From IMG/VR virus record IMGVR_UViG_3300028603_000003: a stretch of 64,000 bases of DNA; one strand, given 5' to 3'. The stretch comes from a virus (Duplodnaviria > Heunggongvirae > Uroviricota > Caudoviricetes). Within the stretch, counting starts at the first letter, position 1, and every line of letters starts with the position of its first letter. A model generated the notes under the pieces. It saw only the letters and a program-made list of their open reading frames with translations, was not told the DNA's origin and ran no database searches. This document shows positions 19,080 through 28,921 of this stretch, one piece after another. The position numbers were made by a program, and so were the translations under genes.

Positions 19080-19268
19080 ATGCGAGCGATTGTTGTGTTG
19101 GGCGCAACAGCCGCAGGTTACACTTTAGACCAAGCCAACATAGAGCATTACATTGTAGTGGGAATTCTTGTGGCACAAACAATCGCTCTGTTGATACCAG
19201 ACAAAGTAGAAACCCACCACAAGGAAACGAAAGATGTTGATTCCGACTCTGGCATTGATAAAGAGTAA
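19080..19268 (+). CDS. small membrane protein (holin-like candidate)
   Basis: 63 aa with two hydrophobic segments, immediately upstream of the spanin pair. Start chosen at an internal Met of track ORF 18975..19268. Confidence 0.25.
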   Translation: MRAIVVLGATAAGYTLDQANIEHYIVVGILVAQTIALLIPDKVETHHKETKDVDSDSGIDKE

Positions 19269-19680
19269 CGCAAAGATATTTTTGACTCTTGCTGTAGTTG
19301 TGGGTATAGTTGGCAGTACAATGAAACTCACTCACGACTACACCAAAAACAAAGTTTCTAAAGTCTACATTGAAGAAATAGCCACTCTTAAAGAACTAGA
19401 AAACGAAAGAATCCGAGAACTAAACAAGAACTTGTTCGCGCAAATGCAAGCCAACAATATTCTTGTTAAAGAAAAACAAGAGTTTACGGTCAAAAATAAA
19501 AACTTACAGAAAGAACTGACTAGAGAAAGAGAGAAGCTTAAAAATGATTCGGAAAATTCTAAGTGGCTTTCTACTCCTATTCCCCCTGCTATCATTGACT
19601 GGTTGCAGTCTAGTGGAACCCAAACCAGAGATTCAAACGATAGTGATCAAACAGTATCCTCCCGAGGAACTTCTGAATGA
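19234..19680 (+). CDS. i-spanin (Rz-like)
   Basis: N-terminal TM helix IFLTLAVVVGIVGST, then a long coiled-coil periplasmic domain. Overlaps the downstream lipoprotein ORF in another frame. Confidence 0.5.
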   Translation: MLIPTLALIKSNAKIFLTLAVVVGIVGSTMKLTHDYTKNKVSKVYIEEIATLKELENERIRELNKNLFAQMQANNILVKEKQEFTVKNKNLQKELTREREKLKNDSENSKWLSTPIPPAIIDWLQSSGTQTRDSNDSDQTVSSRGTSE

Positions 19681-19834
19681 TTGTGTCGCGGAAGAAGTAG
19701 AATATTCAACAAATGAAAGTCTTTTGATTCAGAAACAAAACTTAGAGTCCGCTCTAGCACTCTGCAACCAAGATAAATTACTAATAAGAAAATGGAAAGA
19801 AGATGCACCAATCTCACCACAGAATTTCAGATGA
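19544..19834 (+). CDS. o-spanin (Rz1-like outer-membrane lipoprotein)
   Basis: Signal peptide plus lipobox LSLTGC, Pro-rich mature part. Start lies inside the i-spanin gene (overlapped architecture). Confidence 0.5.
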   Translation: MIRKILSGFLLLFPLLSLTGCSLVEPKPEIQTIVIKQYPPEELLNDCVAEEVEYSTNESLLIQKQNLESALALCNQDKLLIRKWKEDAPISPQNFR

Positions 19835-20210
19835 AGATGTAGTACACTCTATAGAACAAATGCTAGCAAGTGAGTCTGATCCAGAAACTCGAATGAGATT
19901 GTTGGTTCTTTATCGCATATCCGTTCTTCTAGTTGACACCATACACATCACACAGCTTACTCGAACAGAAGTAAAAGACCTCCAAACCGAAGTGTCTACT
20001 CACATCAAAGAACAAGAGCATATGGCTAACAGGATTCTTGGTGGGGCAAAGGTTATCGCAGTGGTGTTCTTGGCAATTCAAGGCGTGTTTGGCTACGTCG
20101 CCACAAAGGTGCTAGAGCAACACCAACAAAATACAATAGAAATTCACAAACTTGTTGACAACGTAAAGAAACTAGAGACAGAATTTTATACCATCAAAAA
20201 TAGCCGGTAA
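19803..20210 (+). CDS. hypothetical protein with C-terminal hydrophobic segment
   Basis: ORF. VIAVVFLAIQGVFGYV looks like a TM segment. Confidence 0.3.
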   Translation: MHQSHHRISDEDVVHSIEQMLASESDPETRMRLLVLYRISVLLVDTIHITQLTRTEVKDLQTEVSTHIKEQEHMANRILGGAKVIAVVFLAIQGVFGYVATKVLEQHQQNTIEIHKLVDNVKKLETEFYTIKNSR

Positions 20211-20228
20211 TAACAAAAACAAAAAATT

Positions 20229-20275
20229 TTGACTCTTCTTAGAGGGAGTGTGTAGAATATACACATTCCCTTTTT
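20229..20275 (+). promoter_or_regulatory. sigma70-like promoter (TTGACT..TAGAAT) overlapping a hairpin plus T-run
   Basis: TTGACT-N18-TAGAAT. Imperfect inverted repeat gggagtgtgt/acacattccc followed by tttttcttttt. Precedes the primase gene. Confidence 0.4.
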
Positions 20276-20279
20276 CTTT

Positions 20280-21314
20280 TTGGCGGTAGACTTTACTATG
20301 TTGTTCATTGATAAAAAATATGTAAGCATAATCTCTTCCAAGTTCGACGGATTCAAATGGAAGTCTTCGGATGTTGCCAACTGTCGATGCCCTCTTTGTG
20401 GAGACTCCAAAACCAAGAAGACCAAGAAAAGAGGCTATTGGTATCCTCGTGGAGACTCCTACTGGTACTCGTGCCACAATTGCGGACAGAACCAATCCCT
20501 CAGAAACTTTCTGAAGAGTTTTGACTATCCAACTTACGAAGATTATAATTTAGAGACATATAAAGAATCTTCTGGCTTCTATACTCAAAAGCCCCAAGAG
20601 CAGAAAGCGCACACCCCCCCAGAACTAATGGCATCTGCCCTAGCCCAATCAAAAATTTCCCCATACATAAACACCAAAAAGCTCTTGTCTCTCAGGGAAG
20701 ATCACCCCGCATATCAGTACGTGATCAGTAGAAAGATTCCGATTGACAGGCTAGCAGAATTCTACTATACACCAAAGTTTTTTAAGTGGGCTTCGGAGTG
20801 GAAAGAACAGTTCGAAGATATAAAACACGACCACCCAAGATTGATCATTCCCTTTAGGGACAAGTTAGGCAACGACATTGGGTTTTCTGCCAGATGTTTC
20901 GGCGATGAGCCAAACAAATACATAATGATCAAATTTGATTCTGACAGCACGGACAGGTTACAATATGGACTAGATCGAGTAAATCTATCAGATACGGTTT
21001 ATTGTGTTGAAGGTCCAGTAGATTCGATGTTTGTCAATAACTGTGTAGCCTCTTGTAATGCTGCACTTCATACAGTTGACATCGCAGACATCTTGATATA
21101 TGACAATCAACCAAGAAACAAAGAAGTGGTTGACATGATTAGTCGAGGCATTGATTCTGGCAAGGGTGTAGTCATATGGCCTGAGAGCTTCAAATACAAA
21201 GACATTAATCAAGCAGTTGTGTCTGGCGAAGAAGACATTCAAACACTGATAGACGAAAACACTTACTATGGTCTTGAGCTTAAGCTTAAATTTACACAAT
21301 GGAAAAAACTTTAG
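20280..21314 (+). CDS. 61: DNA primase gp61
   Basis: N-terminal zinc ribbon CRCPLCGDSKTKKTKKRGYWY...CHNC, very similar to T4 gp61 (CPVCGDSKTDQNKARGWYY). Toprim-like VYCVEGPVDSMF. TTG at 20280 or ATG at 20298. Confidence 0.85.
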   Translation: MAVDFTMLFIDKKYVSIISSKFDGFKWKSSDVANCRCPLCGDSKTKKTKKRGYWYPRGDSYWYSCHNCGQNQSLRNFLKSFDYPTYEDYNLETYKESSGFYTQKPQEQKAHTPPELMASALAQSKISPYINTKKLLSLREDHPAYQYVISRKIPIDRLAEFYYTPKFFKWASEWKEQFEDIKHDHPRLIIPFRDKLGNDIGFSARCFGDEPNKYIMIKFDSDSTDRLQYGLDRVNLSDTVYCVEGPVDSMFVNNCVASCNAALHTVDIADILIYDNQPRNKEVVDMISRGIDSGKGVVIWPESFKYKDINQAVVSGEEDIQTLIDENTYYGLELKLKFTQWKKL

Positions 21315-21322
21315 GAGAAAGA

Positions 21323-22237
21323 ATGGCAAACCCAACAGCAAAAATTCTAGCAGATAGCATTTCACCACAAGGAAAGCGAATCACGACTTTTGAAATTACA
21401 CTTCCCAAATGCCTTCTAGCAGAATACAACACACACGCACTAGTTGCTCGAAACTTTTCAAGCGCCCGAGCAATCCCCGTTAACAGAAACGTAGAGATTG
21501 AATCTTTCTATCCTATCAGGTGGGGAAAGAATCAGGCGGGGATGGTTGCAAAGGATGAGGACATCGATGATGTAACTGCCGCTCAAGACATTTGGTCGCA
21601 GGCAATCGAGTCTGCAAAGCAATACTCCAAGGCGCTGAATGAACTCCAACTACACAAGCAGTGGAGCAATCGCCTAAACGACTGGCACACCATGGCGAAG
21701 GGTGTGACAACAGCAACCGAATTCGAAAACTTCTTCTGGCTTCGAGATGCAGAGGACGCACAACCCGAAATTGCTGAGTTGGCTCGTCAGATGAAGAATC
21801 TCCGGGAAGAAAATGAACCTACGCTGTTGTATCCCGGTGAATGGCATCTTCCATACATCACAACATATCGAGGCGAGTATTGTGAATGGTCAGACTACAT
21901 TGACCCTCTAAGTGGAGAGTCGCTGTCACTAGAAACCGCCAGAACCGTTTCTATGGCCCGTTGTGCAGCAGTATCATACCGAACAGAAGATATCGGCTTG
22001 GAGAAGGCACAGGACATTTATACAAAGCTTTTCAGCGGTCAGAAGGTACACGCTTCACCCGCAATGCACCAAGCAACTCCAATGGAAGACTTGCCAACAA
22101 TCACAAAGAAGCTAGAGTATATGTTCGAAACCGAAGGGGTAACTCACCTAGATCGTTTTGGGGCACTGTGGTCTGGCAATCTTCAAGGCTGGATTCAATA
22201 TCGACAACTTCTACCTAATCACTACAAGCGAGGCTAA
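21323..22237 (+). CDS. hypothetical protein with weak ThyX-like motif remnant
   Basis: Strong RBS aggagaaaga before ATG 21323. TFEITLPK...YNTHALVARNFSSARA aligns loosely to the ThyX RHR-x7-S-x-RY region (Ser and second Arg kept, both RHR arginines replaced). Speculative. Confidence 0.3.
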   Translation: MANPTAKILADSISPQGKRITTFEITLPKCLLAEYNTHALVARNFSSARAIPVNRNVEIESFYPIRWGKNQAGMVAKDEDIDDVTAAQDIWSQAIESAKQYSKALNELQLHKQWSNRLNDWHTMAKGVTTATEFENFFWLRDAEDAQPEIAELARQMKNLREENEPTLLYPGEWHLPYITTYRGEYCEWSDYIDPLSGESLSLETARTVSMARCAAVSYRTEDIGLEKAQDIYTKLFSGQKVHASPAMHQATPMEDLPTITKKLEYMFETEGVTHLDRFGALWSGNLQGWIQYRQLLPNHYKRG

Positions 22238-22238
22238 C

Positions 22239-22499
22239 ATGAAAGAAGATTTGCAAAGCCCTCTAGACCTTAGATACACTGTGTTCAAGCATTCTGATCT
22301 TGAGTGTCTGACTGATACTGAATATCAAATTTTGCTGACTCTTTATGACAAAGTCAACGAGCACCGAGCGGCAAACAACAAGCGCCCCTTATTTGGGGTG
22401 TTTGTTAATCGGGATTGGGGTTGCTTTGACGATGTTGCAAAAATTTTAACCAAATACATTAATGAACAAGAAGGAAGTAAGAATGACAAAGCCAGTTAA
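22239..22499 (+). CDS. hypothetical protein
   Basis: ORF only. Confidence 0.35.
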   Translation: MKEDLQSPLDLRYTVFKHSDLECLTDTEYQILLTLYDKVNEHRAANNKRPLFGVFVNRDWGCFDDVAKILTKYINEQEGSKNDKAS

Positions 22500-22884
22500 C
22501 TCTCTAAACTGTGGTAGCTCTGTATGGGACTTCATGCAGGCATGTGCCCAACAAACAAACGATGTTCCTACCGAGTGTTGGGAGTCTCAAGGATTCTCAA
22601 TCTACAAGAAGCTGGTAGAAGAAGAGTTTGACGAAGTTATGGAAGCGATTGAGAACAGGGACATTAAGAATCTAACTCAAGAGCTAGTTGACCTGATCGT
22701 GGTTTCTCTTGGTCTAGCACACACAATGGGGCTTCCCATGCAAGCAATGTGGGATGAAGTTGCGCGAGCTAATGCATCGAAGGTCGATCCGGTAACTGGA
22801 AAGGTTACTCGTCGAGAAGACGGCAAGATTCTTAAAGGTCCATCATTTGTTCCTGTTAGTTTGGATAGAGTCTTCGAAAAGTAA
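22483..22884 (+). CDS. MazG-like nucleoside triphosphate pyrophosphohydrolase
   Basis: EEFDEVMEAIEN and ELVDLIVVSLGLAH motifs (EExxE/D metal-binding helix pair) typical of MazG/HisE-like all-alpha NTP-PPases. T4 gp56 dCTPase belongs to this fold. Confidence 0.65.
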   Translation: MTKPVNSLNCGSSVWDFMQACAQQTNDVPTECWESQGFSIYKKLVEEEFDEVMEAIENRDIKNLTQELVDLIVVSLGLAHTMGLPMQAMWDEVARANASKVDPVTGKVTRREDGKILKGPSFVPVSLDRVFEK

Positions 22885-22905
22885 AAATAAAACGACTAAA
22901 TACTA

Positions 22906-22936
22906 ATCCCGACTTGTAGCTTGGTCGGGATTTTCA
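22906..22936 (+). terminator. rho-independent terminator
   Basis: atcccgac..gtcgggat hairpin followed by tttt. Confidence 0.5.
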
Positions 22937-22958
22937 TTAATAACATTCGAGGAAAGAA

Positions 22959-25900
22959 ATGAGCGTTATCCCATTGCAGGAAACCTCCCAAGAAATTTGG
23001 GAGAAAAAGTATAGGCTATTAGATGATCATCGTAACCCAGTTGACAAGGACATTTCAGACACATACGACCGAGTAGCTTCTGCGCTGGCAAAGGTAGAAT
23101 CAGACTACGAATATTGGAAAGAACAATTCAAATACGCTTTAGAGAATGGGGCAACTCCTGCTGGCCGCATTCTGTCTAACGCAGGAGCAGAACAGTACAA
23201 GCCCGCAACCAGCTTGATTAACTGTTTGGCAGGTGACACTCCAGTTGTTACTCGCAGCGGCATCTTACCAATCAGAGAACTTGTCGGTAAGGATGTGGAG
23301 ATTCTTAATGGTAACGGACAATGGACAGTTGCACCATTCAAAAGCTTTGGAGAGCAAGAAACATTCAAAGTAACTCTTCGTTGGGGAGACAATAAGCTAA
23401 CAAAGACTGAAATTTTTGCAACAAAGGACCATCGTTGGTTTCTAAGTGATGGTCGAGTTGTGACCACTGAATTTTGGATGACTGGCGGACTTTCGAACAA
23501 GACAAGAACAATCCCACATTTATTCATCCCCAAAGAGAAATTTGTACAAAGCGAATGGGATTCCGGTTTTATCCATGGCCTTGTCTATGGGGACGGTTCT
23601 GACATTTCTACTCCTAACACATATTACTTGAACCTTTGTGGTGAAAAGCAAGAACTAGTTGGCAAAGTAAAAAGCATTCTTGGACTGTCGCCTTCCGTCT
23701 ATGAGGAATCACAAACCTCTCGGTTCACTCTTAAGAGCGAGGCTAATCTAAAAGAAGTCCCTTATGACTACACTTACAGTTATTTGCGGGGCTTCATCGC
23801 GGGGGTTTTAGCCACAGACGGCAGCGTAACCAAAAACAGCAAAGGCTGTTATATTGCGCTTTATGGAAAGAAAGAGCTAGTAGACTTTATTCTTGGCAAT
23901 TCGATATATTGTGGTATCATGCCAACTCATTCTCGCAAGAGCGCGGGGCGAGGTCAGATCACAAATTTTGGTATTCGAAAACAAGACCTTTGGATGGTAG
24001 CACTGCACCCAACTACAATTGAAGAGTCAGACATTATTAGAACAGCACACTCTGCCAATTTCAAGAAGACTGTTAACGGTGAAGCTAAAGTTAACAAGTG
24101 GACAGTGGAAAGCGTGTCGCTTGATCCTGTAGTGCAAGAAGTTTTTTGTTGCCACGAATACGAAACCACAGCATTCGCAATTGCTAATGGTATGAAGACC
24201 GGACAGTGCACGGTATCCGAAATCATCGAAGATTCGATGTATGGAATTCTGCATTCTACGCTTCAATCTGGCCTCACATTGAAGGCGGGCTGCGGCATTG
24301 GATACGAGTTTTCAACCCTACGCCCAAAAGATGCATTCGTTCGCGGTGCGGGGGCAACCACTTCTGGCCCCCTGCCTTTTATGGATATCTTCGACAAGAC
24401 TTGCTTTACAGTAAGCAGTGCGGGCGGACGTAGGGGTGCGCAAATGGCGACGTTTGCCGTGTGGCACCCCGACGTAGAAGATTTCATCAAGGCTAAACGG
24501 GAAGATGGAAGACTTCGACAGTTTAACATGTCTCTACTAATTGATGACGAGTTCATGGAAGCAGTCAAGAACAAGTCAGAGTATAAGCTAGTATTTCCAG
24601 TAAAGAAGACAGAAATTGATTCGGGTCTGGTTACTGGCGAGCTAGTTAAGAAGAAGCTTTTCTGGCAAAAAGAGTATTGTCTATCTCAAGACTATATCAT
24701 CGATGATAACGATCTTATCACATGCATGGTGTACAAGACTGTAAATGCGGGCGACCTATGGTCAACCATCATGCAGTCAACATATGACTTCTCTGAACCC
24801 GGATTCCTTTTGATTGACCGAATCAACGAGCTAAACAATAACTGGTTCTGCGAAAAGATTCGAGCTACAAATCCGTGTGGTTAAATTTACCAGCCTCACG
24901 TTAAAAACTCTGTGAATTCAGGGGAACGCTAGAACAGCCAATCCTGAGCCAAGCCAAGTCGGCGACGATTTGGAAGGTGCAACGACTAGGACATACGAAC
25001 TCTACGAGTTTATGAAGTCTATAGGATCAAGTGATCCGAAGCGCAGAGAACAACATAAATTATGTTGTTATGATATAGTCTGGACTGCATAGGAATATGC
25101 AGAAGTGTAAGATGCGATTCTGCCATAGGAGAATTATGAGAGAATGCGCATCATGTAAAGAGAGCATTCCCATAGAGGAATTTACTTGGAGAGGCGGAGG
25201 TAGAAAGGGTTTGCAATCTACTTGTAAATTCTGCACCTTAGAAAGATTAAGAGAACATCGAGCGTACACTAGACGACTCGTTGGAAGATGGAAACTTAGG
25301 AAAGGGTGTAGTAGGTGTGGGTTCAAGGCTGAGCATTCTTGCCAGCTAGACTTAGACCATATAGACCCAACAACAAAAAATAGTAAGTGTAACGGAAGAG
25401 CGTTTGAACCTTCTTGGAGTGTAAAGAGGATCAAAGAAGAGTTATCTAAATGTGTCGTTCTATGTAAGAACTGCCATGCTCTCAAAACTTACGAAAACAA
25501 AGACTATCTATAAACTTAATCGCATCTTACACTGGCCGGGATTAACGAACCCGGTTGAACATAACGGAACAACCTTTGCCCCCAGAGGGGTCGTGTCTAC
25601 TTGGAAGCGTAAACGTCGCATTTTTCGTTGACAATCCATTTACCCCACAAGCTTCTTTTAATTGGGAAAAGTATAAGAAGGTCGTCAGAATTTTCACCCG
25701 GATGCTTGACAACGTTGTCGAGTTTAATGGGCTTCCACTTGAAGGGCAGCGAAAAGAAATTGAAAGAAAGCGCAGGCACGGCATGGGAATTCTCGGAGTC
25801 GGCAGCGCATTCTCTCTGTTGGGCATTCGTTATGGGAGCAAAGAGTCAGTAGAGCTTGTATCAGAGTGGATGAAGGTCATGGCTGTGACTGGATTTGAAG

Positions 25901-26658
25901 TTGGTATCGAGTTGGCTAAAGAAAAGGGTTGCGCACCAATCTTTAACGAATTCACAGAGATTGACGGAAACTTAGAGAGCAACAAAACTTTGTGGGCCAA
26001 CGGCAAGTACATGCAAAGAATTTGGGAAGTTGCTCCACATCTGAAGGCACAGGCAATTCAACATGGTTGCAGATTTACGCACCACACTTCAATTGCTCCA
26101 ACAGGGACTATTTCGCTGTCAGTCAACAACAATGTGAGCAATGGAATTGAACCTTCTTTCTCTTTGAAATACACCAGAAACGTTATCGAGCAAGGCAAGA
26201 AAACAAAGAGAGCGGTTGATGTTTATAGCTACGAGCTTTTGTTGTATAAACACATTACAGGCTCTGACGAAGCGCCAGATTACTTCAGCACCTCGGACAC
26301 TGTAAAAACCTACGAGCACGTTGACATTCAGGCGGCAGCACAATATTGGTGTGATAGCAGCATTAGCAAGACAATCAACGTGCCCTCCGACATTCCGTTC
26401 GAAGAGTTCAAAGAAGTTTACATTTATGCTTATGAAAAAGGACTGAAGGGTGCCACCACATTCAGGTTTAACCCTGCCGCATTCCAAGGCGTACTTGTAA
26501 AGGAAGATGACTTGGCTAAGACCGAGTATGTTTTCCGGCTGGAAGATGGCTCAGAAGTTGTGGCTAAGGGTAACGATTCAATCGTTTATGACGGAGAGGA
26601 ACACACCGCAGCGAACTTGTTCGATGCGATTAAGGAAGGCTACTATGGCAAGTTTTAA
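22959..26658 (+). CDS. ribonucleotide reductase catalytic subunit, interrupted by an intein (23223..24206) and a group I intron (24882..25566). Exon 1 is 22959..24881 and exon 2 is 25567..26658
   Basis: RNR motifs ILSNAG...SLIN-C, GCGIGYEFSTLRPK, SGPLPFMDIFD, GGRRGAQMATFAVWHPDVEDFI. NPCG at the exon 1 end and EQPLPPEGSCLLGSVNV at the exon 2 start together rebuild the canonical NPCGE...CNLGS[LI]N motif. Class (I versus II) is not resolved. No ATP cone. Confidence 0.85.
23223..24206 (+). mobile_element. intein with LAGLIDADG homing-endonuclease domain inside the RNR gene
   Basis: Starts CLAGDTPVV (block A) and has a TKDH block B. Two LAGLIDADG motifs: GFIHGLVYGDGSD and YLRGFIAGVLATDGSV. Ends ..AFAIANGMKTGQ, followed by +1 Cys. 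Host sequence resumes CTVSEIIEDSM. Confidence 0.75.
24882..25566 (+). mobile_element. group I intron in the RNR gene, carrying an HNH endonuclease ORF
   Basis: Exon 1 ends in U directly after NPCG, followed by an in-frame TAA. Exon 2 starts with GAA (Glu) right after a G at 25566. No RBS or ATG for exon 2. The intron sits in the most conserved codon string. Confidence 0.7.
25097..25513 (+). CDS. intron-encoded HNH homing endonuclease
   Basis: Multiple CxxC pairs plus an HNH core (DLDHIDP...N...CKNCH). Confidence 0.7.
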   Translation: MQKCKMRFCHRRIMRECASCKESIPIEEFTWRGGGRKGLQSTCKFCTLERLREHRAYTRRLVGRWKLRKGCSRCGFKAEHSCQLDLDHIDPTTKNSKCNGRAFEPSWSVKRIKEELSKCVVLCKNCHALKTYENKDYL

Positions 26659-27250
26659 TATTACCAAAAAGATCGTTTCAGTTCATCTAGGAGAGGGCGA
26701 AAAGCCCTCTTCAAAAGACTTTGATGGAGTCATCGTAACCGATGTCAAGCTACCGACAGACGCTCAAGCAAGACTTAAAACATTGAAGGCAGAGGGCAAA
26801 AAGTGGTATCTTACGGTTGCCTATCATCCAGATTCAGAATTGCCCTTTGCGATGTTCTGCCACACCAACCACAAAGAGAAGGGAGCACAAACTTCTGACG
26901 CTGTCACAAGGCTAGTAGCACTGGCTAGGTCAAGCGGAATTTTGGAAGAACACGTCAAGGGTCTTGAAGATAAGATTGACCAAGACAACAACGTGTCGAA
27001 GCTTACCCGAGTAATCAGCATGCTTCTTCGCCACCGAGTCAAGATCGCAAACATTGTAAGAGAGCTTGACAAAATGGAAGACATCTATGTTGGGTCATTT
27101 TTGTTTCAAATCAAGAAGTTTCTATCACAATACATCAAGGACGGCGAAGCTGTAGAGGGCGCGAAGTGTTCTGAATGTGGTAGCACAAACGTTGTATTCT
27201 CTGAGGGATGCAATCGATGTAATGATTGCGGCAGTTCGAAATGCGGGTGA
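26646..27250 (+). CDS. hypothetical protein with C-terminal C4 zinc ribbon
   Basis: RBS aggaagg before ATG 26646. C-terminus CSECGSTNVVFSEGCNRCNDCGSSKCG. The same frame is open further upstream (track ORF begins 26507), overlapping the RNR 3' end. Confidence 0.45.
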
Positions 27251-27253
27251 TAC

Positions 27254-27676
27254 ATGCCCACACTTCGTGAACTAGACCAATGCTACATGGCAGTCGCCCT
27301 CGGCCACGCCAAGCTAAGCAAAGCCAAACGGAAACAGGTTGGGGCTTGCTTGGTGACTTCGAGTGGCATTATAATCCCCGGCTATAACGGAACTCCGAGC
27401 GGGAGTTCGAACGAGTGCGAAGAGTTGATCGACGGGGTTCTTGTAACAAAGCCTGAAGTGATACACGCGGAACTCAACTGTATCTTGAAAGCTGCGCGAG
27501 AAGGGGTTAGTGTTGTTGGCAGTAGGCTATATGTTACACTGTCACCATGTAAGCCATGCGCGGCAATGATCGTGCAGGCAGGAGTCAAAGAAGTCGCCTA
27601 TCTTCAAACCTACAGGTGCACAGGTGGCCTGTCCCTGCTTGTTGATGCTGGAGTTGAAGTCAGGCAGATTGTTTGA
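27254..27676 (+). CDS. cd: dCMP deaminase
   Basis: Zinc-binding cytidine/dCMP deaminase motifs HAELNCI and SPCKPCAAMI. Confidence 0.85.
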   Translation: MPTLRELDQCYMAVALGHAKLSKAKRKQVGACLVTSSGIIIPGYNGTPSGSSNECEELIDGVLVTKPEVIHAELNCILKAAREGVSVVGSRLYVTLSPCKPCAAMIVQAGVKEVAYLQTYRCTGGLSLLVDAGVEVRQIV

Positions 27677-27685
27677 AAATTCTCA

Positions 27686-27723
27686 AAAAGGGGCTTGACG
27701 GCCCCTTTTTCTTTTGGTACAAT
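27686..27723 (+). promoter_or_regulatory. PeSL-like cassette copy 1: terminator-type hairpin whose loop carries the -35 (TTGACG), then a 17-nt spacer and TACAAT
   Basis: aaaaaggggcTTGACGgccccttttttcttttggTACAAT. Identical core at 38796, 44834, 55579 and 59739. Confidence 0.6.
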
Positions 27724-28445
27724 ACTCAAAAATCAAACAGGGAACCAAAAACACGAAAGCGCCGAAACAAATGGTTGATGTGGTTAAGGGATTCCCGAGA
27801 TGCCATCGGACGCCGCAGCGCCGCAGCAGCGGAAGTAACGTTTGTTCTTAGTTAATCTTTTTGGTGGAAGAAAATGCAAGAGAAAAAGTTACATGTTTCT
27901 GACGTGCAACAGTTGTTGCACTTCAACAACAAGTACAACCAGATTAGGAAGTATGTTATGCTTCTGACTCCAAATGGCCCAATGTACTTTCAGCAGAGAT
28001 GGTATGGACAATGAGCGAGCAATCGTGTCTGAGCATTCCTGAAGTGGTTATCGCCGCGATCTTCAAGCGGCACTCCAAAGACTATAACAAAATCAAGAAC
28101 CGCTTTGGTGGGATGACTTCTTTCTACGGAGTCAACTACACTTCCCTCTTGGATTTTTTGGACTCTGAGGGAATTCAATACAAAATTTTTGACGGCTATG
28201 CGGAAACCATTGACTTTAATGGGTGATTGAGATGTTAACTCTGAATAAGATCAACTCCATCGCAAGGGCCAGAAATCCACACTTCTCTTTGTATAAGGGA
28301 GAGGGATACTTCTACCTTGTCTTTGACGACGGAGTTAGGTTCGAAACTTTATCAGTCTGCGTCTATAGAATAAATCACTTGACACTTGAGCAATGGCAAG
28401 ATAGAATAACCGAACTTGAAGACTTGATCAAATCCTGAATTTATT

Positions 28446-28886
28446 ATGCTAGTCTATCGAATTGAAAATGCTTCTGGTGGTGGTATGTATCGCCCAGACG
28501 GACTTTCTTCCTACACTTGTCCATTGGAAGAAATCATGGATGAGTTCCCCGACCCTCACATGTATGAAGAAGCTCTGAGTAATATTTTGGGGCGGGACGA
28601 ATATGACTACAGTTCTATACACGTTTCCCCTGCTGATGACTTTCCGAGGGAAGTTTGGCGATACCTACCTTGCACCGTTCAGTGGGAGTACAGTTTCGCC
28701 TTTCCGACAATTGTCTCACTTCTTTCTTGGGTTTATCTGAAGGAATGGAGAGAAGAGCTTCATCGCAGGGGATTTAAAGTTTCGGTGTATGAAGCGGAAG
28801 CAATCGTTTCGGATTCTGGCGCTCAAGCAATCTTCAAGAAGAAGCACTCCAAGAAAGTTGGTGAGATTTCTTTACTTGAAGTTTAA
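28446..28886 (+). CDS. hypothetical protein
   Basis: ORF only. Three ORFs under 90 aa at 27999..28438 are not listed separately. Confidence 0.4.
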   Translation: MLVYRIENASGGGMYRPDGLSSYTCPLEEIMDEFPDPHMYEEALSNILGRDEYDYSSIHVSPADDFPREVWRYLPCTVQWEYSFAFPTIVSLLSWVYLKEWREELHRRGFKVSVYEAEAIVSDSGAQAIFKKKHSKKVGEISLLEV

Positions 28887-28921
28887 AGTGTTGGATAACT
28901 TAAAATCAATGGGAGTTTGAC

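Noticed and set aside
24882-25566. Alternative reading of the RNR interruption as a protein-level split into two polypeptides with an inserted free-standing HNH gene.
   Set aside because: Exon 2 lacks an ATG and an RBS. The junction has U before and G after, and keeps the frame so that NPCG|E is rebuilt. Splicing is the more economical explanation, but it is not proven.
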